Virus record (IMG/VR): IMGVR_UViG_3300032213_001078
Span: 1-61,714 of that record
Length of the DNA stretch: 61,714 nt
Source of the DNA: a virus
Lineage: Duplodnaviria > Caudoviricetes
Reading direction: 5' to 3' (one strand)
This document shows, piece by piece, positions 54,127-61,714 of the stretch (position 1 is the first letter of the stretch; the number at the start of each line of letters is the position of its first letter). The notes below the pieces were generated by a model. It was not told the origin of the DNA, did no database searches, and saw only the letters and a program-made list of their open reading frames with translations. The position numbers and the translations under genes were made by a program.

Positions 54127-55769
54127 TGAATAAAGATTTAGACATATTAAAGGCGATTCTTTTAGAAGCAGAGGAAGACGAGAAAGCGGCTGAAGACAAA
54201 GAAAAAGAAATAAAGAAAGACAACGCTGAAGAAAAAGCTGACGATCGCGCTAACGAAAAAGAAGACAAACCAGATTCTCCTTTCGATAAGGACCCAATGG
54301 GTTTTATTCTTAAGAAGTATCACACTTTGAATATATTATTAGAAGAGTTAATGACTCCGGCTTTTAAGGAATACATTACTGCAATATTCATTCAATCACC
54401 TAAGCCTACTAGTTTTAAAATTGTTTTACACAACAGCCAATACTTCTATTTAAGTTATATGGGAGATGGTACTTACCTTGCCATAATAGCTGGTAAAAGA
54501 CACTATCTATCTAGTATCGGTGAGAAAGAAAGAGCAATGAAAGGCATTAGCCGATTATTACAACAAGGCAGTCCATTAAAAACAAAAGGACCAGAAGGAG
54601 CAGAACAAGGAACAAGAGCAGACGGCGAAGACGACGGTAGTTTAAGTGGTGGAAACAATAACGGAGGTGGAGATCAAACAGGAGTTGAAACTACACCAGC
54701 TACTGAAGAAGGAGGCGAAGAAGAAAACGAACCTCTAACAGAAGCCGCTATTCTTAAAGGCCTTTTAACAGAAGCCGATACTGGTGATGCAACTCTTTTT
54801 GAGTCAGCTTTAGTTTATGCTTGGTACAAAGTAACAGGTTTACCAATGCCAAAAGATGCAATTTTACCTGCTGAATTGGCAAAGTTGAAGAGCAACAAGA
54901 AAATGGTAAACGCAGCAGTTGAAGCTATACAAAAATTAAATTTAGGCACCGGAAAATCTGCAAGAGCTACTGGTAGAACTGGCGAAAAAGCTACTCTAAC
55001 AGACTTTTGGAAAAAACAAGGTGCATCAAATACTACACCTAAAACAGATGTAATTTTAGGAAACAAAAAGATTTCTGTAAAAGCAGGAAATTCTCAATTA
55101 ATGTCTGGAGGTAAAAACGAATCTCTTGCTACTTTCTATGCAGCAGCTAAAAAAGTACCTGGAATTCTAAAAACTAAAGAGGCTCAAGACGTAATAAAAA
55201 CCTTTGAAAAATTTGTTGAAGGCGGATATACAAAAGCAGGCAGTGTAGAAAAAGAATTAACTGCTGGTAAAAATAAAGTGTTAAAAGACGGAGATAAGGC
55301 CCACAAAGAAATGAAAACAAAGCTTCAGGATCTATTCAATAAAAGTCCTAAGTTTAAAATAGCATTTGCAAAAGAGGCAATGTCAGGATACGAAAAATTT
55401 GGACCTAAAAGCCCAGCAAGTGCAGACTACGTTTTATCAGTAGATTCTGGCTTTGGCAGCCCTAAATTACACTCTACTCAAAATGATTCTTACGCAGCTA
55501 AGATTGCAGATCAAATGAATTTAACTGTAAGATTCAAATCAACTTCTCAAAAAATAGGAGGAGAAAAAACTGGTAAATATAGATTCTGGTCAGTGGTATC
55601 TTTAATCTCGGATCCTACCAAATTAAAAGAGGGTATAAGCGATACTATTAAGAACGCATATAACTCGGTTAAAAACTTCATTAATCAGGGCATCTATTCT
55701 CTTACTAAATTTGTAATGGGAGATGACGAAATTGATGTGGAACTTAACAACACCATAGACTTTAGTTAA
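54126..55769 (+). CDS. modular putative head protein with C-terminal PD-(D/E)xK nuclease-like domain
   Basis: ILKAILLE leader; internal LTE...LLTE linker; ATLFE...TPKTDV....ISVKAG. Confidence 0.55.
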   Translation: MNKDLDILKAILLEAEEDEKAAEDKEKEIKKDNAEEKADDRANEKEDKPDSPFDKDPMGFILKKYHTLNILLEELMTPAFKEYITAIFIQSPKPTSFKIVLHNSQYFYLSYMGDGTYLAIIAGKRHYLSSIGEKERAMKGISRLLQQGSPLKTKGPEGAEQGTRADGEDDGSLSGGNNNGGGDQTGVETTPATEEGGEEENEPLTEAAILKGLLTEADTGDATLFESALVYAWYKVTGLPMPKDAILPAELAKLKSNKKMVNAAVEAIQKLNLGTGKSARATGRTGEKATLTDFWKKQGASNTTPKTDVILGNKKISVKAGNSQLMSGGKNESLATFYAAAKKVPGILKTKEAQDVIKTFEKFVEGGYTKAGSVEKELTAGKNKVLKDGDKAHKEMKTKLQDLFNKSPKFKIAFAKEAMSGYEKFGPKSPASADYVLSVDSGFGSPKLHSTQNDSYAAKIADQMNLTVRFKSTSQKIGGEKTGKYRFWSVVSLISDPTKLKEGISDTIKNAYNSVKNFINQGIYSLTKFVMGDDEIDVELNNTIDFS

Positions 55770-55801
55770 CAACTATCAAGAAAATTTATTAAATTGGTTA
55801 T

Positions 55802-56026
55802 ATGAAAAAGACTACTTACGGTGTCATGAAAACTATTGATGGCATCACAATCCATTACATACAAGATCCAGGTCAGAACAGAAAACCTCATAATTTAAAC
55901 GGTCCAGCTATGATTTATGCTGACGGTAGAGAGGAGTATTACATAAATGGCCTAAAAATGAATGCTTCCCAATTTACACTGATTAGTAAAAAGCGCGTCT
56001 ATAGCTCAGTGGAAGAAGGAGCTTAG
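55802..56026 (+). CDS. small protein with an H-x-x-x-GPA repeat unit
   Basis: PHNLNGPAMIYADGREEYYING. Confidence 0.6.
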   Translation: MKKTTYGVMKTIDGITIHYIQDPGQNRKPHNLNGPAMIYADGREEYYINGLKMNASQFTLISKKRVYSSVEEGA

Positions 56027-56030
56027 TGAC

Positions 56031-56040
56031 ATATTTATTA
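56031..56040 (+). promoter_or_regulatory. putative late promoter motif
   Basis: ATATTTATTA upstream of ATG 56056. Confidence 0.6.
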
Positions 56041-56055
56041 GAAAACTAAAAAACT

Positions 56056-56748
56056 ATGAAAATAGCAATTAAAGGCGTTATCGTCTTATTTTTATTGGCA
56101 GCAATTTGGTTACTTTTTAAAGAATTTGATGGTGTTAGATTTAAAACAGAGTCATACGAGAAAGCAATCGATTCTTTAGCAGTTCAAATCGATTCCTTAC
56201 ATGGTCAGAACGATAGTTTAGAGGCTACAATCCAAGTGGTAGAGCAAGAGAACTTGGTTTTAGAACAAAAAACTAAAACATTATCTGGCAAGATAAAAGA
56301 ATTAAAAGAAGACAAGTCAGAGTTAGAGGCTGCAGCAAAAATGAGACCTCATGAGATCGACAGTTTCTTTGTAGTAAGATACGCAGAGCAATATAAAATT
56401 GAAACTAAAGACACCACTATTTTACCAGTTCCAGTTTCTAAAGCAGTAGTAGTTGACCTAGTAGATTTAGACAGAACTAGAAATATTGTATTAAACCAAG
56501 ACAGCTTGATCACTAATTTAGAATCGACTGTAAATGGTAAAGACAAAGTAATTGTAACTTTAAGAACTAAAGAAGGCAACTACGAATCAATCATACAAAA
56601 GCAAGTAGAACAACAAAATAACTACAAAGTAATTGTTGAAGGTTTAAAGGGCGACATTAAAAAATTGGATAGAAAAAACAAAATAAATAAGCTTGCTAAA
56701 TTCGGTATGGGATTCTTAATCCTAGGTCTTGCAGTAACGCATAAATAA
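56056..56748 (+). CDS. membrane-anchored coiled-coil protein (spanin-like candidate)
   Basis: Hydrophobic segments at both termini; long coiled coil; near the endolysin. Confidence 0.5.
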   Translation: MKIAIKGVIVLFLLAAIWLLFKEFDGVRFKTESYEKAIDSLAVQIDSLHGQNDSLEATIQVVEQENLVLEQKTKTLSGKIKELKEDKSELEAAAKMRPHEIDSFFVVRYAEQYKIETKDTTILPVPVSKAVVVDLVDLDRTRNIVLNQDSLITNLESTVNGKDKVIVTLRTKEGNYESIIQKQVEQQNNYKVIVEGLKGDIKKLDRKNKINKLAKFGMGFLILGLAVTHK

Positions 56749-58349
56749 TGTCAGAGAGTCAAATCGATATAAAGCAAAGAATTAAGGAAGAGTTTGTAAG
56801 GTGCGCTCAAGATCCTGTGTATTTCATGAAGAAGTATTACATGATCCAACACCCACAAAGAGGTCGAATGCTGTTCGACCTTTATCCGTTCCAAGAAAAG
56901 GTTCTAAAACTATTTCAAAAGCATCCGGATTCAATCATAAATAAGTCAAGACAGTTGGGTATCTCTACCTTAGTGTCCGCTTACTCTTTGTGGTTGATGG
57001 TATTTTCAAAAGATAAAAACATTCTTGTAATCGCGACTAAGCAGGACACTGCAAAGAACATGGTTACAAAGGTTAGATTCGCTTACGATAACTTGCCTAA
57101 CTGGATGAAGATAGGAGCTGGAGCAACTTCTAACAACGCATTAAGTTTAAGATTAACAAACGGTTCTCAAATCAAAGCGGTATCAGCAGCCGGTGACGCA
57201 GGTCGTTCGGAAGCCGTGTCGCTCTTGGTAATAGATGAGGCCGCGTTCATTGACAATATTGAAACTATCTACACTGCAGCTAAGATGACCTTAGCTACGG
57301 GTGGTGGATGTATCGCGTTATCTACTCCTAACGGTGTTGGTAACTGGTTCCACAAATCTTACACAGACGCTCAATTACAAAAAAATAACTTCTTACCAAT
57401 CTCTTTACCTTGGACGGTTCACCCTGAAAGAGCGCAAGATTGGAGAGACAAGCAAGACACTGATTTGGGCGCTAGAATGGCAGCCCAAGAGTGCGATTGT
57501 GACTTCGCAACATCAGGTAATACCGTAATTCCTCCAGAAATTTTAACTTGGTACGAGGCCAATATGATATCCGAGCCAATCAATAGAGAAGGCCAGGAAA
57601 AAGCACTTTGGATTTGGGAATATCCTAAGCCCACCACATACTATATGGTAGTAGCCGACGTAGCGAGGGGAGACTCAATGGACTACTCTGCCTATCATGT
57701 TATAGATACAGAGACATTGACACAAGTAGCTGAATTTAAAGCCCAAACAGATACCAGAGTATTTGCCAACGAGCTTATAGCAATAGCAACTAGATACAAC
57801 CAAGCTTTATTGGTAATTGAAAATGCAAATATTGGTTGGGACGTAGTTCAAGGTGTGGTAGAAAGCGGATACTCTAATATACACTTTAGTCATAGATCTG
57901 ACAGTAACGCTGATTTAAACAGCTATTTACAAGTACACTACGGGAATGCAACTTTGGTACCTGGATTTACCATGAGTCCTAAAGTTAGACCTTCTGTATT
58001 AGAAAAGATGAGAGACTTTATAGAAAACAAAACGGTTACTATAAGATCTGTTAGATTATTAGAGGAGCTTCGCGTATTTATATGGAAGAACGGTAAGCAA
58101 CAGGCTATGTCAGGGTATAATGATGACTTAGTAATGGCTTTTGCGATTGCTATGTATTTGAGAGAAACTTCTTTGAGATTCAGAAGAACAGCAGAAAGTC
58201 TAACTCACGCTAGTCTAAATGCTTTCTCAAAAGCTGGAGAAGATAGCCCGATGTATCAGTCTTATACTAATTATGGTAATAACCCATGGCAGCAAGAGAT
58301 TGCGACCCCAATGGGAAACGAACAACAAGATTTAACATGGCTTTTATAA
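56748..58349 (+). CDS. terL: terminase large subunit (T4 gp17-like)
   Basis: LYPFQ, KSRQLGIS, LLVIDEAAF, STPNG, VADVARG..DYS, NDDLVMA. Confidence 0.96.
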   Translation: MSESQIDIKQRIKEEFVRCAQDPVYFMKKYYMIQHPQRGRMLFDLYPFQEKVLKLFQKHPDSIINKSRQLGISTLVSAYSLWLMVFSKDKNILVIATKQDTAKNMVTKVRFAYDNLPNWMKIGAGATSNNALSLRLTNGSQIKAVSAAGDAGRSEAVSLLVIDEAAFIDNIETIYTAAKMTLATGGGCIALSTPNGVGNWFHKSYTDAQLQKNNFLPISLPWTVHPERAQDWRDKQDTDLGARMAAQECDCDFATSGNTVIPPEILTWYEANMISEPINREGQEKALWIWEYPKPTTYYMVVADVARGDSMDYSAYHVIDTETLTQVAEFKAQTDTRVFANELIAIATRYNQALLVIENANIGWDVVQGVVESGYSNIHFSHRSDSNADLNSYLQVHYGNATLVPGFTMSPKVRPSVLEKMRDFIENKTVTIRSVRLLEELRVFIWKNGKQQAMSGYNDDLVMAFAIAMYLRETSLRFRRTAESLTHASLNAFSKAGEDSPMYQSYTNYGNNPWQQEIATPMGNEQQDLTWLL

Positions 58350-58358
58350 TATAAAGAT

Positions 58359-60281
58359 ATGGCAGAAAACAAACAAGATAATATATTCTCGGCGTTAAGG
58401 AGACTTTTCTCTACAGACGTTATCATTAGAGACTCTGGTGGTAAGAATTTACAAGTGATAGATACAGAACACATTCAGTCTTCTGGTGTGATTCAAACTA
58501 ACTCGCTAATCGATAGATTCCACAAAGTATACACTACGTCTACAGCGTATGGTGTTAACTTAAATTTAGCTCAGAACTATCAATCAGCTCGTGTACAAAT
58601 TTATGCAGACTACGATGCAATGGATACAGACGCTATCATTGCTTCTGCGTTAGATATTATTGCAGATGAGTGTACGCTAAAGAACGATCAAGGTCAAGTA
58701 TTACACATTACTTCTGCAGACGAAAACATTCAAAATTTATTAGAAAACTTATTCTACTCTGTAATGAACATAGAATTTAACCTATGGTCATGGATTAGAA
58801 ATATGTGTAAGTACGGTGACTTCTATTTAAAATTAGAGATTGCAGAAAAGTTTGGAGTTTACAACGTAATTCCATTCTCTGCTTACAATATTGTTAGACA
58901 AGAAGGTTTTAATCCTAAGAATCCAAACGAAGTGCGATTCAAATATGATCCTAACGCAGCGATCAGTTCCATTTCAGGATTTACTTCAGCATACAATAAT
59001 CAAGACCCAGGAATTTGGTTTGATTTGTACGAAATGGCTCACTTTAGATTTATTGGAGACGTAAACTATTTACCTTACGGTAGATCTTATTTGGAACCTG
59101 CAAGAAAGCTATTTAAGCAATACACTTTAATCGAAGATGCAATGTTGATTCATAGAATTACTCGTGCCCCAGAAAGAAGAACATTCTACGTTAACGTGGG
59201 AGCCATCCCACCAAACGAGGTTGAAAACTATATTCAACGTATGATCGGTAAGATGAAGAAAACTCCACTTATCGATAGTCAGACTGGTCAATATAACATG
59301 AAGTTTAACCAACAAAACTTATTGGAAGACTTCTTTATCCCAGTTAGAGGTAACGATCAATCTACTAGAATTGATACTGCAAAAGGTCTTGAGTACAACG
59401 CTATCGAAGACGTTCAATACTTTAGAGAGAAATTATTTGCAGCGTTAAAGATTCCTAAAGCATTCATGGGATACGAAAAGGACTTAACTGGTAAAGCAAC
59501 TTTAGCTGCTGAAGATATTCGTTTCGCTAGAACAATTGAAAGAATCCAAAGAATCATTGTATCTGAATTGAAGAAAGTGGCATTGGTTCACTTGTACGCT
59601 CACGGCTATACTAACGAATCAATCACCAACTTTGATATTCAGTTAACTAATCCTTCTATCATATACGAGCAAGAGAGAATTGCTATGATGAAAGAGAAGA
59701 TTGACCTTGCTAATCAAGCGGTTGAGAACTCTTCTTTACCAAGAGATTATATTTGGAAGAACGTATTTAATATCTCTGAAGACGAATTTGATGAATTAGA
59801 CGACCTTATTGTAGAAGATCAAAAACGCAAGTTTAGATACAAGCAAATCGCAGAAGAAGGAAATGATCCAGCAGAAACAGGCCAAGCATTTGGTACTCCA
59901 CATCAGATAGCAAGCTTATACGGTGGAAAAGGTGATGGTACATTAGATGTGCCTAGAGGCTATGACGAGACCAATCCAAAAGAGCCGATGAAAGTTCCTG
60001 GAAGACCTCAAAAGTACAAATCAATATACGGAACTGACGAATCTCCATTTGGAAGATCTGGAGTTTACGATATGAATAACCAAAACGCTGAGACCAAAGA
60101 AGACAAGGTTGGCGTTACTTTTAAAGGCGGAGCTTTGAATATGGAAAACACTATGGCTATCTATTTACAGAACAAAAACTCAATTGAAAAGATGTTTGAG
60201 AAGCAAAATGCTAGAAAGACTCAACTTTTTGAACAATCAAGCCTATTAAGCGAAGACAACATCATTGACAATCTAGATTAG
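58359..60281 (+). CDS. portal protein (T4 gp20-like)
   Basis: IEDAMLIHRITRAPERR.FY.NVG, LEDFFIPVRG, YFREKLFAALKIP, EDIRFAR. Confidence 0.95.
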   Translation: MAENKQDNIFSALRRLFSTDVIIRDSGGKNLQVIDTEHIQSSGVIQTNSLIDRFHKVYTTSTAYGVNLNLAQNYQSARVQIYADYDAMDTDAIIASALDIIADECTLKNDQGQVLHITSADENIQNLLENLFYSVMNIEFNLWSWIRNMCKYGDFYLKLEIAEKFGVYNVIPFSAYNIVRQEGFNPKNPNEVRFKYDPNAAISSISGFTSAYNNQDPGIWFDLYEMAHFRFIGDVNYLPYGRSYLEPARKLFKQYTLIEDAMLIHRITRAPERRTFYVNVGAIPPNEVENYIQRMIGKMKKTPLIDSQTGQYNMKFNQQNLLEDFFIPVRGNDQSTRIDTAKGLEYNAIEDVQYFREKLFAALKIPKAFMGYEKDLTGKATLAAEDIRFARTIERIQRIIVSELKKVALVHLYAHGYTNESITNFDIQLTNPSIIYEQERIAMMKEKIDLANQAVENSSLPRDYIWKNVFNISEDEFDELDDLIVEDQKRKFRYKQIAEEGNDPAETGQAFGTPHQIASLYGGKGDGTLDVPRGYDETNPKEPMKVPGRPQKYKSIYGTDESPFGRSGVYDMNNQNAETKEDKVGVTFKGGALNMENTMAIYLQNKNSIEKMFEKQNARKTQLFEQSSLLSEDNIIDNLD

Positions 60282-60290
60282 AATATTTAG

Positions 60291-60300
60291 ATATTTATTA
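60291..60300 (+). promoter_or_regulatory. putative late promoter motif
   Basis: ATATTTATTA upstream of ATG 60322. Confidence 0.6.
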
Positions 60301-60321
60301 GCAAGCCTATCCAAAATAGCT

Positions 60322-61176
60322 ATGGGAATTAAACATTCGAAATATCGTAACACCGGTATTTTATTTGAACTTTTAGTAAGACAAACAACTTCAGACCTTT
60401 TGAACAATCAGGACTCTAAAGCTGTTAAAATACTTAAAAAGCACTTTACCAACACAGAATTGGGAAAAGAGTACAGTTTGTACAGCGCTTTCGTAACCAG
60501 TCCAAAACTTTCAGAAGCTAGGGCCGAGATTCTTATTTCAACCATTTTAGAACAGTATAAGAAATTAAGCCACGAAACACTCAGCCAAGCCAAGTATAAC
60601 CTAATCAAAGAAATTAAGAAAAACTATAACCTAGAAGATTTTTTTAAAGCCAAGATAGAGAATTACAAGCCTTACGCTTCTGTTTATACAATATTCGAAT
60701 CTCAAAATAGTTCAAATTCCGACACCAAACAGATCATTCTAAACAAGATCAATCTTTTGGAGCACATTACTCAAGACTCTATTAAGGACATGCAAGCTCC
60801 TCAATCAATGGTTCAAGAGTTAATGAACGAAGACAAAGAGATCAGACTTTTGACATACAAATTATTGGTTGAAAAATTCAATAAGAAATACCAAGGCCTT
60901 TCAGAAAGACAAAAAGCCATTTTAAAAGAATACGTTTCTAGCATATCAGACTCAGCTAACTTAAGAAAATTCTTAAACGCTAAGTTAAAAGAGATCAAAC
61001 AAGAACTTATCGAGCAAACTGAAAAAGTAGAAGATAAAGTTACCAAGATCAAAGCAGAAGAGGTAGTTAAATTCATAAAGCCTTTAAAAGAGGGCATCGC
61101 TATTAAAGACGAAACAATTACTGGAATTTTACAATATTGTGAATTAATTGATGAGCTAAAAAGAGTGTCTAAATAA
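60322..61176 (+). CDS. hypothetical head-module protein
   Basis: Directly downstream of the portal gene; helical. Confidence 0.75.
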   Translation: MGIKHSKYRNTGILFELLVRQTTSDLLNNQDSKAVKILKKHFTNTELGKEYSLYSAFVTSPKLSEARAEILISTILEQYKKLSHETLSQAKYNLIKEIKKNYNLEDFFKAKIENYKPYASVYTIFESQNSSNSDTKQIILNKINLLEHITQDSIKDMQAPQSMVQELMNEDKEIRLLTYKLLVEKFNKKYQGLSERQKAILKEYVSSISDSANLRKFLNAKLKEIKQELIEQTEKVEDKVTKIKAEEVVKFIKPLKEGIAIKDETITGILQYCELIDELKRVSK

Positions 61177-61714
61177 TGAAGAAACCTTTCGATAATCAAT
61201 TCGCAACACAAAGATTACTATCAGAGGAAAGTGCAACAGGCGGTGGAGTTTCTAACGGAGCTACATTTACGCCCGGCACTGGAGAACAATATGCAACTAC
61301 GAAAGCTTTCAAAAAGAAGAAAAACGAAGTAAAAGACGTAGAACCAAAATTAGCCGCAGGAAAAGCAGAAATATACCCTCAAAAAAAATGGGGTTGGAAA
61401 GCTGCACCATCTATTCCAAACAGACCATCTAAAGGAGGATTCCAATACAAGCAAATGTTTGAAGAAATGGAAGAGGGAGTTTTACAACCAGTAAATCTGG
61501 ACAAAGATTCTCTATCTCCAATGGAATATCAACAAGCTCACAAATACGAAAAGTTTGATCCAGCACAATGGGATTTTGACGATGTGTCTAAAAGATACAT
61601 TAAAAGAAAATCAGAAACAGATATAGTAAAGGCAAACGAAGAAACTGAAAAGCCTTTCTACGTTAAAGTTTCTGTTAGAGATGCAAAAAGAGCTTTGGAT
61701 GTACTTAGAGACAA
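61176..61714 (+). CDS. hypothetical protein (3'-truncated)
   Basis: TAATG overlap; MKKPFDNQFATQRLLSEESATGG... reads open towards the window end. Confidence 0.65.
   Translation, partial: MKKPFDNQFATQRLLSEESATGGGVSNGATFTPGTGEQYATTKAFKKKKNEVKDVEPKLAAGKAEIYPQKKWGWKAAPSIPNRPSKGGFQYKQMFEEMEEGVLQPVNLDKDSLSPMEYQQAHKYEKFDPAQWDFDDVSKRYIKRKSETDIVKANEETEKPFYVKVSVRDAKRALDVLRD

Noticed and set aside
56748-60281. Intein or intron in terminase or portal
   Set aside because: Motifs are contiguous, lengths are ordinary and no splicing signatures were seen
14570-61211. Other nested or antisense ORFs (e.g. 14570, 16527, 26224, 35532, 37203, 39544, 45759, 49235, 57301, 60813)
   Set aside because: They overlap recognisable genes and have the low-complexity composition of shadow ORFs
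1-61714. Stop-codon reassignment, as in some large phages
   Set aside because: Long genes are intact in code 11, and TAG (e.g. 12302, 46818, 60281) and TGA (10807) end genes at sensible boundaries
1-61714. Prophage in a bacterial chromosome, or a eukaryotic giant virus
   Set aside because: No integrase, att site or host housekeeping genes; T4-like terminase, portal, baseplate genes and an endolysin indicate a tailed bacteriophage despite the eukaryote-like GT60 and MBD4 genes

Overview
A 61.7-kb, AT-rich segment of a large T4-like (myovirus-type) phage genome. The host is probably Bacteroidota: leaders are A-rich with no Shine-Dalgarno motif, and TAnnTTTG-like -7 boxes occur. Left part (1-12.3 kb, + strand): small ORFs, HNH, DUF932 and T5orf172 genes, unusual non-coding repeats including a 25-bp inverted repeat, and a four-gene operon that looks like DNA base hypermodification (MBD4-like glycosylase, two aGPT-PPlase/amino acid:DNA-transferase-like paralogues, PD-(D/E)xK nuclease). 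Middle part (12.4-42.6 kb, - strand): baseplate/tail module, gp55-like late sigma factor, HD protein and glutaredoxin. Right part (42.7-61.7 kb, + strand): primase, Mre11-Rad50 fusion, putative head-packaged cargo proteins, GH19 endolysin, terminase and portal. The most striking feature is an approximately 11.4-kb cassette in the tail module. It holds three Thr/Pro/Ser-repeat (mucin-like) proteins, two GT60-type polypeptide GlcNAc-transferases, a NodU/CmcH carbamoyltransferase and a four-domain methyl/glycosyltransferase, which suggests a phage-encoded mucin-type O-glycosylation pathway for the virion. The cassette appears to have split an ancestral structural gene in two. Also notable is a family of proteins sharing a K-L-x-x-h-L-x-E capsid-targeting/cleavage motif, including an apparent three-enzyme nucleotidyltransferase polyprotein. 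All family calls come from motif recognition by eye; no searches were run.
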